DNA of 64,000 bases, taken from contig JAGWHC010000001.1 in NCBI GenBank assembly GCA_028867025.1, positions 11,663 through 75,662 on the forward strand. Reading direction: 5' to 3'. Shown here piece after piece: positions 36,921 to 45,205 of this stretch. The notes under the pieces were generated by a model. That model saw only the letters and a program-made list of their open reading frames with translations, made no database searches and was not told the origin of the DNA. Source of the stretch: Candidatus Micrarchaeota archaeon. Its GTDB lineage: Archaea; Micrarchaeota; Micrarchaeia; Micrarchaeales; CABMGC01. The stretch's first letter is position 1. The number at the start of each line of letters is the position of its first letter. The translations under genes and the position numbers were made by a program.

Positions 36921-38051
36921 TTATGGCACACGCACAGGCGGGCGTGAAGATGGCGTGTAGTTCAGGACCAGCACCAAGCCGTTCCCTCCAGCAGCTCCAT
37001 CCTGCTGCGAGGCGCCGCCGGTAACATTGTAGGTTCCTTGCGTGTAGCCGCCTGAACCGTATGCCAAGAGTATGACACCTCCGCCGCCGGCCCCTCCTCC
37101 GTCCGTCGGTCCTGCCGAGCCCTGCTGGCCCTGCGCGGTGATTGTGCCTGCATCTATCTTGTTGGCCTGGACGTAAACGCCGTATGATCCGCTGCCCCCC
37201 TTTCCGCCGCTACCTGTACAAAGTACGTTGATGTTAGTATAAGTGCCGCCTGGCACCGTGGTGTCACCGCCGTAACCGGCGTGCCCCTTGTTCGGGCATC
37301 CGCCCCCGCCTCCGGCACCGGTGAGATAGCTGCCTATGCGGTTTGAGTACCATATGCTTACCAGAGAGGCTGTGAGCTTCGGCGCGTGCGCAGTCGCTCC
37401 GGGCTGCGCGTTGCCTCCGCCGCCTCCGCCAGATCCGCCAGAACCACCATATGAGCTGTAGTAGCTTGTCCCGTTGACTCCCAGCCCGGCGTTGTCTCCC
37501 GGGTTTCCGGCAACGAGCGAGCCCATGTTGTTGAATGTGCCGCCCGAGATTAGATTGAAACCGTTGGTTGTGAGCACAACGCCCTTGTCTATGGTTATGT
37601 TGCCTGCAGTTGCTACGCTGCCGTAAAGCATAGTGTTTGAGTTGTACTCCACGTTCTCGGAGTAGTTCATCCCGTTCGCAGGATTAAGTATCCGCGGGAT
37701 GATGGTCGTGGTTATAGTAGAGGAGATTGTAGGCCCTGTAGTGGTGTATACAACGCCGCCCTGCACCCCGGACCTGCCGAACATCAGGAAAACTATGAAA
37801 GCGAGCAGCAGCATGGTTATCGCAGCAAGCGCCACTGTCTTGAGATTGGCGAGCGCTTCGCCGAGCGCCGAGGCCCAATCCCTCGCTATTGCGAGAGACC
37901 TCCCGCATTCGTTGCAGTACTTCGCGTCGTGCCTGTTCTCAGACCCGCATCTCGGGCAGCGGATCGTTCTCTTCACTATGTCTGTGCCACACTGGCTGCA
38001 GTACTTCGCGTTGTCGCTGTTCTCGGCTCCGCACTTGTGGCACTTAACCAT
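36921..38051 (-). CDS. Double zinc-ribbon / single TM / glycine-rich extracellular domain protein
   Basis: The N-terminus has CHKCGAEN..CSQCG and CPRCGSEN..CNECG. The TM is LAAITMLLLAFIVFLMF. Then come GGSGGSGGGGGG, GAGGGGGCP and GGGAGGGGVILLAYGSGG tracts interspersed with beta-strand-like segments. Confidence 0.75.
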   Translation of the reverse strand: MVKCHKCGAENSDNAKYCSQCGTDIVKRTIRCPRCGSENRHDAKYCNECGRSLAIARDWASALGEALANLKTVALAAITMLLLAFIVFLMFGRSGVQGGVVYTTTGPTISSTITTTIIPRILNPANGMNYSENVEYNSNTMLYGSVATAGNITIDKGVVLTTNGFNLISGGTFNNMGSLVAGNPGDNAGLGVNGTSYYSSYGGSGGSGGGGGGNAQPGATAHAPKLTASLVSIWYSNRIGSYLTGAGGGGGCPNKGHAGYGGDTTVPGGTYTNINVLCTGSGGKGGSGSYGVYVQANKIDAGTITAQGQQGSAGPTDGGGAGGGGVILLAYGSGGYTQGTYNVTGGASQQDGAAGGNGLVLVLNYTPSSRPPVRVP

Positions 38052-38112
38052 TAGAATCAGTAATCAATCTCCTTCCCGGCTTCTTTAACTTTCGCATTAT
38101 GCAGAAGCGGGC

Positions 38113-38493
38113 CTAGCTGGAGCGCTTTCCTGATGTAATTCCTCCCAGCGCTCCGCCTATGATTGCCATTATCACAGTAGCTGATATCAGGACAAACGGG
38201 CCCCGGGAATAGTAGTAGGTGAATGCTGTGCCGACCCATCCCGACAGGGGCCCTTCGGTGATAACGAACACCTGCGAGGGCGTGATGTAGAACAGCCATG
38301 TCATTATGAGCGCACCTACTGCGCCTATCACGAAACCGATCTCCGCACCCTGGTTCCTGTGTTTCGTATGCAGCCCAGCAAGGTATCCTGCTACCAAGGG
38401 ACCTATCAAAGGGACCCACCCCAGCAGCAGTATCACTACGAGCCCAACTAAGGCTCCGAAACCCACCCCCCGTTCCATGATGAGATTATGCAT
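38113..38493 (-). CDS. Small polytopic membrane protein (DUF5518-like?)
   Basis: It has three to four hydrophobic segments. A TATA-like gtttatatc lies only about 14 nt from ATG 38493, which suggests that ATG 38478 (MERGVGF) may be the true leaderless start. Confidence 0.6.
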   Translation of the reverse strand: MHNLIMERGVGFGALVGLVVILLLGWVPLIGPLVAGYLAGLHTKHRNQGAEIGFVIGAVGALIMTWLFYITPSQVFVITEGPLSGWVGTAFTYYYSRGPFVLISATVIMAIIGGALGGITSGKRSS

Positions 38494-38551
38494 TCGGAGA
38501 TATAAACGCTTTTGCTCTAAGCTAGACGATTGCGCAAACGTCTTTGGTCTT

Positions 38552-39229
38552 CTAGCGCGCTTTCGCGGCGACTGCCTTCGCCCTCCGGAGCACGCCTACG
38601 AACATCCTCTCTGTGAGCGTGCCCGTGTTGGTGTTCCTCGGGGATACATGATAGGAGGTGAGTATCCTGTACGGCCCTGCGGCGTACTCCTTGCCGTGGC
38701 CGAAGTCCTCCACATTGCTTGTGTCTATGCCAAGCTGCTTGAGCGAGAACTCGAGCCACTTGAGCGCGAAAGCGCCGAGCGGGACTATGACCCTTACGTT
38801 CTTGAGGGCGCGCAGCTCGTTTAGCATGAATGCTGTGGAGCACCTCGTCGCTTCTATCCTCTCCGGCTTGTTGTCAGGGGGAGCGCATTTTACGATAGCG
38901 GTGACGTACAGGTCCTTCAGTGTCAGGCCGTCATCGCTGCTTATTGATTCTGGCTGGTTGGAGAGTCCCGCTTTGTAGATCGCGTCGAAAAGGAAGTCGC
39001 CAGAGGGGTCGCCGGTGAACACCCTGCCGGTGCGGTTGCCGCCGTGCGCCGATGGGGCGAGGCCCACAATCAGTATCCTGGCGTTCATGTCGCCGAAACC
39101 AGGAACTGGCCTGTGCCAGTACTTCCAATCGGCGAATCTCTTCGCCGGCATGACAGACTCTCGATATTTTACTAATCTTGGGCAAAGTTTGCAAGCAGAA
39201 ATCTGATTGAATAATATAGACTGCTGCAT
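38552..39229 (-). CDS. udg: Uracil-DNA glycosylase, family 4/5 (UdgB-like, Fe-S type)
   Basis: CKLCPRL...ILIVGLAPSAHGGNRTGRVFTGDPSGDFL...SYHVSPRNTNTG is the motif A GLAP-type and motif B pattern of the thermostable UDG superfamily. Confidence 0.8.
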   Translation of the reverse strand: MQQSILFNQISACKLCPRLVKYRESVMPAKRFADWKYWHRPVPGFGDMNARILIVGLAPSAHGGNRTGRVFTGDPSGDFLFDAIYKAGLSNQPESISSDDGLTLKDLYVTAIVKCAPPDNKPERIEATRCSTAFMLNELRALKNVRVIVPLGAFALKWLEFSLKQLGIDTSNVEDFGHGKEYAAGPYRILTSYHVSPRNTNTGTLTERMFVGVLRRAKAVAAKAR

Positions 39230-39245
39230 ATTTTCCTATATCAAA

Positions 39246-39605
39246 TCAGGATATTAATCGTATGCTAGTTATAGGATGTATCTCCATCCACCCGTGGTAT
39301 TTATCCAAAACGTAACTGCCAATCACGCTAACGTGGCTTCCGTTTAGATTTTCTATAGGAGTTACATTAGTGAAATTATATGCAAAACCATAACATGCGT
39401 CTACAGCATCGTTCTGTTTAACCGGATTTTGGCATATTGGCTCAAGAACCAGGTCACCATGCTCTGAATCTGCAGAGTTGTGTGCATTTGTGAGGTTTTG
39501 AAACTGCTGATCTAATTTCAAGCCTATGTGATAGTCTCCATCCTTATCTACTCTGATAAAATCAACGTAACCTGTAACTGTTTTGCAAGGCTGAATGATT
39601 TGCAA
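39246..39605 (-). CDS. Hypothetical exported protein; coding probably extends upstream to 39836 but no canonical start exists there
   Basis: The ORF is called from TTG 39605. The 77 in-frame codons upstream (39606..39836) are stop-free and encode a signal-anchor, KFIIALGIILIFLFIIVGF, plus an S/T-rich linker. The segment is AT-rich. Confidence 0.5.
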   Translation of the reverse strand: MQIIQPCKTVTGYVDFIRVDKDGDYHIGLKLDQQFQNLTNAHNSADSEHGDLVLEPICQNPVKQNDAVDACYGFAYNFTNVTPIENLNGSHVSVIGSYVLDKYHGWMEIHPITSIRLIS

Positions 39606-39836
39606 CCTGCTTGAATTGTAGACATGGTTCCAAAGCGACGGATTACAATATGGTGTATTGTTAAGAACTGATGTAACTTGAGTTGGGGGCGCTTGATTTA
39701 CACTTGTTGTACTGGCACTGCTCTTTAAGCCACCACTAAAACCGACGATTATGAATAAAAAAATTAAGATTATTCCGAGAGCGATAATAAATTTACCAAA
39801 GGTGCAATCATCCTTTGCGTTCGTTGTAAAAATGCT

Positions 39837-40529
39837 TCAGATATTGTTTAGCCTGACCTTCAGCTCCTCTCCGTTGAGCTTCGTCGTGAGAAGCGGTATC
39901 TTCTCTATCTGCGCTATCTTTATCGCCAGCTTGTCTACTTGGTCGACGTTCTGTATGACGACGAGCTTTGGCTTTATCGGCGCCACGCGTATTACGACCA
40001 TCGGCGACCTGCCCGTGCTGACCTGGTCGAAGATGAAGGCGCGCTCAGTGGTAGTGCCGAAGAGCTTCGGGTATTCTGTGGGAGATATCTCCAGTATGAC
40101 CTTGAGGCTGTCCAGCAGCGTGTAGCCGAAGAGCTTGACAGTGTCAAGCAGTCCGGGGTTCGCGGCTATCTTCGCCTCTATCAGTCGCGAGAAGTCCATG
40201 CCGCTTATGGGCGTTGAGAAGTCCTTGATCATGTAGAAGCTGCCGCTCTGCTCCTTCGCTGCGTTGAACTTCTCCAAGTTTCTTGTGACTTCGCTGCCTT
40301 TCTGCTCGTCAAGCGTGAGAAGCGCCTTGACGAAGCGCTTGATTATGCCTACGCCGGGGCTCGCCCTGCGGTTGCCCTCGTAGTCGCTTATGGTGCTGGC
40401 CGAGATCTTCAGGTACTTTGCAAGCTCGACCTGCGAGATGCCGAACAATTCGCGCCACTTCTTCATCGCACTGCCGGCGCTCTCTGCCATCGCAATTTCT
40501 CCCCCAATCCTTTCCTCCAGGCTGTCCAT
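39837..40529 (-). CDS. XRE-type HTH transcriptional regulator with C-terminal domain (archaeal COG1395-like)
   Basis: MKKWRELFGISQVELAKYLKISASTISDYEGNRRASPG is a classic XRE helix-turn-helix. ATG 40529 is preferred over TTG 40544. Confidence 0.75.
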   Translation of the reverse strand: MDSLEERIGGEIAMAESAGSAMKKWRELFGISQVELAKYLKISASTISDYEGNRRASPGVGIIKRFVKALLTLDEQKGSEVTRNLEKFNAAKEQSGSFYMIKDFSTPISGMDFSRLIEAKIAANPGLLDTVKLFGYTLLDSLKVILEISPTEYPKLFGTTTERAFIFDQVSTGRSPMVVIRVAPIKPKLVVIQNVDQVDKLAIKIAQIEKIPLLTTKLNGEELKVRLNNI

Positions 40530-40672
40530 GCGAGGAATTGGCAATCAAGGTTTAATAAGATATGTGTCTAACTCATATTCGTCAATTCTCACGCTCGTGG
40601 AGTGTATTCCTGTATAGTCCCGAAATAAGAGTATTTTTAAAGCTTTGATACTAGTTTTAAGCAGATGAGTTC

Positions 40673-40900
40673 ATGCGAATGTTCATAGCAAAAGGCAAAC
40701 AAACGCTCAAGATATGCGGCACGTTATCATCTAATGCGCTAGATACTCTACTTGTATGTGAGGCCATTCCTCTTGTATTAAGCCCGAGCGGATCTAGTTG
40801 CCCGGAAATTCTATTTTCAAAAAATGTAGTTAAGCTAAAAGACGATTATGGTGGGCACTTCCCTGTAAACAAAAAGTTACTAGAGAAACTTTTGGACTAA
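40673..40900 (+). CDS. Hypothetical small ORF (weak)
   Basis: A 75-aa ORF in an AT-rich spacer. Its 3' end overlaps the convergent gene by 4 nt. There is no supporting motif. Confidence 0.25.
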   Translation: MRMFIAKGKQTLKICGTLSSNALDTLLVCEAIPLVLSPSGSSCPEILFSKNVVKLKDDYGGHFPVNKKLLEKLLD

Positions 40901-41928
40901 TCTGCGGCGATATTTTCTTTCTTTGACATTCTTTGATAGAAGTTGTAATCATCTAAATGAAAGGGCCATTTGCCTGTTATGACATCAGTAAGTATTGCTT
41001 TTTCTATTTTAGGTGATTCGTCAGTTAATATTGTCTTCAATAGATCTGGTCCTCTTTCTGAAAGTTTTTCACCATTCTCGAAAGTACAGACGTATAATAG
41101 ATCATGTGCTCCAACAGCATCAATTACGAGGACATAATCTGAAGTTACTTCTTGCTTATTTTCTTTCAGAAGTTCCTCGCCGAAACTAAACATTAATTTA
41201 TCGTGGTTTCCACCGGGGTTGAGGTACGCGGTATAGGCAAGGAATATCCTTTTTGAAGGGTTTTGGGTTAGTGCAGCAAATTTTTTAATAACACCTTCTG
41301 TTTTGAATTTTTTAAGCACATAAATAACCCTCATTTGAGTGGTTTTTGATTTCTGAACGAGCTCTTTAAGTTTGATTCTTGAATTATCATTAAGGGCGCA
41401 AAGCACCTTCTTTTCAGTGTCTGATAAGTTTTCACTTGCCTCGATTAGTGCATTCTTTATAGGCAAGAACCCGATGATGTTTTGATCTGCTGTGGACGTT
41501 TTGAATGAAGGTTCATATTTTCTTAATTCTATCCTGAGCTTCCATTGCCAACTAACGAATTCTTTTGATGACAGACCTATGACGTAAAGCAGAAGATCGA
41601 AATCTCCTTCAGCGAGGTAAGCATCTTGGACAAAAACATCTTTCTGAAATCTTTGTTTAAGCAATTCAACAGATGGTCTTTCATTAAATTTTATTGTTAT
41701 TATTCGGCCTTCTGAAAACCCAAGTTTGCCTGTATCGATGTCAAGAGTATAGTTAAGTTTATACTTTTCCTCTAGCTGAGAAAGCGTCTTAGATACCGTA
41801 TGATATGAAATGTGAAGGCCTCTGCCTAGCTCTTTTAAAGATCGTCTTGAATCTTTGTACATTTCAAGAAGTAATTTATATGGCAATTCCTTCTCCACAT
41901 ACTCTTTACTTTCCCTAGATGCCCTCAT
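40897..41928 (-). CDS. Tandem (duplicated) Lrp/AsnC-like transcriptional regulator
   Basis: It has two successive wHTH-plus-RAM-like modules. They are LLLEMYKDSRRSLKELGRGLHISYHTVSKTLSQLEE...DFDLLLYV and VLCALNDNSRIKLKELVQKSKTTQMRVIYVLKKF...AHDLLYV. The gene is strongly AT-rich. Confidence 0.6.
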   Translation of the reverse strand: MRASRESKEYVEKELPYKLLLEMYKDSRRSLKELGRGLHISYHTVSKTLSQLEEKYKLNYTLDIDTGKLGFSEGRIITIKFNERPSVELLKQRFQKDVFVQDAYLAEGDFDLLLYVIGLSSKEFVSWQWKLRIELRKYEPSFKTSTADQNIIGFLPIKNALIEASENLSDTEKKVLCALNDNSRIKLKELVQKSKTTQMRVIYVLKKFKTEGVIKKFAALTQNPSKRIFLAYTAYLNPGGNHDKLMFSFGEELLKENKQEVTSDYVLVIDAVGAHDLLYVCTFENGEKLSERGPDLLKTILTDESPKIEKAILTDVITGKWPFHLDDYNFYQRMSKKENIAAD

Positions 41929-42191
41929 TTTAATCCCATAATTATAATATTTTGCACTGGAATTTAATTGTTTTCCTAATATTTAATATTATTTTTCCAA
42001 TAAGTATTTATATGATTTCACTTATATCATATACACATGGGAAGGGGCATTTCGGGCTGGCATATTTTGTATGCTATTTCTTTAGAGTTTACCACCCACC
42101 CAACCTACTCTAGGGCCCAGTCTCTTCCCATACCCACTCTTACATACTTTTCACCTGCCTGATCTTCGCTCTTACCAACCCAGGGAGAACC

Positions 42192-42482
42192 ATGTATAAC
42201 GGGAAAGAAAGCAGGAAGACGCATGGCGGCATCGCCGGCACCTGCTTCCTTCTTCTCGAGCCCAGGCACCTTGACGATTCAGGAGAGACGGCCAAGCGTA
42301 TAGTGCGTTGCAGGGGCGTGCGCGAAGTGCACCTGACCAGCGGAAGGTACGGCTTCGTCGTCTCGGCAAACGCGAGCGACTCCAACGACGTCGGCTCCAT
42401 AAGCTCCGCGGTCAAGAAGGCGTCGAGGAGCAGGCTCGTCAGCGTCGCTGTCAGCCATCTGGTGTACAGGAGGAGCGCATGA
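42192..42482 (+). CDS. Stand-alone Lrp/AsnC ligand-binding (RAM)-like small protein
   Basis: CFLLLEPRHLDDSGETAKRIVRCRGVREVHLTSGRYGFVVSANASD follows the RAM-domain pattern (afili...v...l..i.gV.ev..v.G.yd.iv). A gggag SD-like element precedes the ATG. Confidence 0.5.
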   Translation: MYNGKESRKTHGGIAGTCFLLLEPRHLDDSGETAKRIVRCRGVREVHLTSGRYGFVVSANASDSNDVGSISSAVKKASRSRLVSVAVSHLVYRRSA

Positions 42483-42616
42483 TGGCCAAAATCAAGAACG
42501 TGTTTCGCAGGATGAAGCCCAGCGCCATACCGGCTGCGGACGACGACAGACCCATCAAGTTCGTCAGGGAAAACGAAAATTCTTGGAGAATAGTCTACGC
42601 AGACGCGAACAACTGA
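42479..42616 (+). CDS. 45-aa ORF translationally coupled to the RAM-like gene
   Basis: ATGATG overlaps the upstream TGA, and aggagg lies 5-10 nt upstream. The translation is MMAKIKNVFRRMKPSAIPAADDDRPIKFVRENENSWRIVYADANN. Confidence 0.4.
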   Translation: MMAKIKNVFRRMKPSAIPAADDDRPIKFVRENENSWRIVYADANN

Positions 42617-42625
42617 ACTCCAGGT

Positions 42626-43375
42626 TCAGCTCTTCCTCTTTCCGCCCTTCTGCTTGTCCATCTTCTCATACTCGTGCGCGGCCTGCGTGTCCATCTCCGC
42701 CTGCTCAGTTTTCTTGTCCTTTGATATGAGAGAGTATATTGTCAGGCCGAGCCCTGCCACGAAGAGCACGACCGCTACGCCCACAGCTGTGTAGATCGAG
42801 GTCGCGCCCGACTGTATCTTCGACAGCGAGACGGAGAGCGTCGTGATCGTTACGCCCGCCGGGATGCTGCCCGGGTCGTAGAATATGGCGTAGTACGTGC
42901 CTGGCTGCAGGAAAGACACGTTCAGGAGGTAGTTCGGAGAGGTTATGTTGGCGTAGCCCAGGTAGGGGAATGCGCCTTTCTTGCTTGCAACGTATACCTC
43001 GTAGACGCCGTTTCCCTCCAACGCCACAGCCTTGCTCATCGCGCTCGAGTCAGCAGCTGGCGCGCTTATCTGGCCGTAAGCTGTCGCGTTGGTGAAGAAG
43101 AAGTCTATGCTTGTGCTGGAGTTGAAGGTGAGCACTGGCAGTCCTGCCTGTGAGAGAGGCATCGGTATCGCGTTTATCGAGTTGGCCGCCACCTCTATGC
43201 TCTGCGACGTCGCGTTCGGGAAGATTGATGGTATGACTGAGCTTGGTCCTATGACGAAGACTGCTATGCCCGCTATTATGAGCACTATGCCTATGTAAAA
43301 AAGGTTCTTCTTCAATCGATCACACTGCATTCTCATCCTATGCTTAAAGCCTTTTCCTCGTCGCTTCTCAAACAT
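42626..43375 (-). CDS. Bitopic membrane protein with extracellular beta-rich domain
   Basis: N-terminal TM FYIGIVLIIAGIAVFVI and C-terminal TM AVGVAVVLFVAGLGLTIYSLI followed by a charged tail. Several N-x-S/T sequons are present. Confidence 0.65.
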   Translation of the reverse strand: MFEKRRGKGFKHRMRMQCDRLKKNLFYIGIVLIIAGIAVFVIGPSSVIPSIFPNATSQSIEVAANSINAIPMPLSQAGLPVLTFNSSTSIDFFFTNATAYGQISAPAADSSAMSKAVALEGNGVYEVYVASKKGAFPYLGYANITSPNYLLNVSFLQPGTYYAIFYDPGSIPAGVTITTLSVSLSKIQSGATSIYTAVGVAVVLFVAGLGLTIYSLISKDKKTEQAEMDTQAAHEYEKMDKQKGGKRKS

Positions 43376-43413
43376 TATTTAAATCATCTAGTAGTAATAG
43401 AGTAAGTGGTCGA

Positions 43414-44151
43414 TTGGCCAATCTTGTCAAGACCGGCATATCTGGGCTGGACGCAATGCTTTACGGCGGCATACCCGAAGGCAACCAGGTGATAGTTGCC
43501 GGAGGACCTGGCGCTGGCAAGACGCTTCTATCTTTCGAATACCTATACAGGAACGCAAAGATGGGCTTCACCTCGGTCTTCTTCGCGCTTGAGGAAACCC
43601 CGGAGCGCGTCCTTGAGAACGCCAAATCAGCGTTTCCGGAATTCAAGGACATAGACTCGCTGGTCAAGGCAAAGAAGCTGATAATAGACGGCGAAGACCC
43701 CGCAACAGTGCTGCACAGCAGCACCTCGGACGACAACTCCTCGCAGTACGAGTTCGGGAAGGTCGTAGCTGACATAGAGTCTACCATAGTGTCGACCAAG
43801 GCGACGAGGGTGGTGATAGACTCGCTTTCAGTATTCGAGATGCTGATAAACGATCCCACGGCCTACAGGCGCTCCATGCTGGCGCTCATAAGCAACCTTC
43901 GCAGGCTCGGCGTGACAACGCTGCTCACCGCCGAGATGTCCTCGCCCGAGAGGAGCAGGCTGCGCTTCAAGACTGAGTACTTCGTTTTCGACGACATAGT
44001 CATAATGTACGAGAAGGGCGAGGAGGAGAAGCGAATGCTCGCCATGGAGGTGATAAAGACGCGCGGCACAAAGCACAGTTTCGTGACCACTCCTTATGAC
44101 ATCTCCGCAAGCGGCATAAACGTCCTGTCCGCGGAGGAGATGGGCCTCTAG
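43414..44151 (+). CDS. KaiC-like / RecA-superfamily ATPase (single domain)
   Basis: GISGLDAMLYGGIPEGNQVIVAGGPGAGKTLLSFEYL (Walker A) and RVVIDSLS (Walker B). It starts at TTG. Confidence 0.8.
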   Translation: MANLVKTGISGLDAMLYGGIPEGNQVIVAGGPGAGKTLLSFEYLYRNAKMGFTSVFFALEETPERVLENAKSAFPEFKDIDSLVKAKKLIIDGEDPATVLHSSTSDDNSSQYEFGKVVADIESTIVSTKATRVVIDSLSVFEMLINDPTAYRRSMLALISNLRRLGVTTLLTAEMSSPERSRLRFKTEYFVFDDIVIMYEKGEEEKRMLAMEVIKTRGTKHSFVTTPYDISASGINVLSAEEMGL

Positions 44152-44168
44152 TCAGCTCAGCTGGTTCG

Positions 44169-45197
44169 ATGCAAGAAGAGGGCAAGGGCGCAGGATCCAC
44201 AAGAAGGCTCAGAGCGTATCTTGTGCTCACAATACTGCTCGTCGCTCTCGCCGCGGTCTCTTTCCTGCTGGTGCCGCAGGGCAACAGCGTGGGCTCGTGC
44301 GACAGGCTCGCCTTCCAGAGCAGCAGGTACGTGTGCATAACCGCGCTTGCGCTGTCGCAGGGGAACGCAAGCGTCTGCGGCTATGCTGGCTCCTCATCCG
44401 ACTCGTGCTATATGCAGGTTGCTGAGAAGACCGGCAACGCCGACACGTGCAGCAGCATATCGAATTCCACAACCTTCAGCGTCTGCGTTTCCGCAATAGC
44501 GACTGCAAGAGAGGACTATGCCCTCTGCTCCAGCGCCGGCGAGCCCTACGCGTCGCAGTGCGCTGCAAGCGTAGCGGTCAGGCTTGAAAACGCAACGCTC
44601 TGCGGCAGTATATCCAACACATACTATCGCGCCGAGTGCTCGTCGATAATCGGCATACGCCAGGCAACTCTGACGGGTAATGCAGCCTACTGCCTCAACG
44701 TGAGCAGCTCCGGGAACAGGAACCTCACCGCGTACGTCATAGCGAATGTCAGCGCCGGATCGGCGTACACTCAGAACAGCTTCATACTCAGCTCATTCTC
44801 CTTCCTCCCTAACGTCACATACACGGCCAAAGACTACTGCTACATCAGCCTCGCCACGAAGTTCTACAACCCGCTGCTCTGCGCCAACGTCAGCGCAGGA
44901 GAGGCGTCCACTCTCTGCGTCGCGCAGTCCAGTTCCGCATACGGCAGAAACGCAACAGTGAACTACACGGCGCTGCTTAATGCGTGCTCCGATGCGGGCA
45001 GCTTCGCGCAGCAGTGCCAGGAGTCGGTGTTGCTCTCGCGGGCTGTCAAGACAAGGAACGTGACAATGTGCTCCAGCCTTCCGAGCAGCATGGCGGTGAG
45101 CTGCTTCAGCCTGATGGCAAGCACCTACAAGAACGCGACCTACTGCGGCTACATAGCGAACTCTACGGCGAACAGCTACTGCCTGAGCAACTCTTGA
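44169..45197 (+). CDS. Membrane-anchored cysteine-pair repeat protein (secreted domain)
   Basis: N-terminal anchor AYLVLTILLVALAAVSFLLV, then about 10 units of N-x-[ST]-x-C-x(9-12)-C-x(8-12), for example NASVCGYAGSSSDSC, NADTCSSISNSTTFSVC and NATLCGSISNTYYRAEC. Confidence 0.7.
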   Translation: MQEEGKGAGSTRRLRAYLVLTILLVALAAVSFLLVPQGNSVGSCDRLAFQSSRYVCITALALSQGNASVCGYAGSSSDSCYMQVAEKTGNADTCSSISNSTTFSVCVSAIATAREDYALCSSAGEPYASQCAASVAVRLENATLCGSISNTYYRAECSSIIGIRQATLTGNAAYCLNVSSSGNRNLTAYVIANVSAGSAYTQNSFILSSFSFLPNVTYTAKDYCYISLATKFYNPLLCANVSAGEASTLCVAQSSSAYGRNATVNYTALLNACSDAGSFAQQCQESVLLSRAVKTRNVTMCSSLPSSMAVSCFSLMASTYKNATYCGYIANSTANSYCLSNS

Positions 45198-45205
45198 GTG
45201 GTGTA

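Noticed and set aside
39751-40125. A plus-strand 124-aa ORF (MNKKIKIIPRAI...) spanning the junction of the exported-protein and HTH genes.
   Set aside because: It lies antisense to both the HTH gene, which has a clear XRE motif, and the signal-anchor region. Its hydrophobic, low-complexity translation mirrors the AT-rich antisense strand.
44984-45205. A 5' extension of the DHH gene ORF over the 3' end of the Cys-repeat gene.
   Set aside because: The Cys-repeat frame continues its periodic pattern to its own stop at 45197. The DHH-frame extension has no features.
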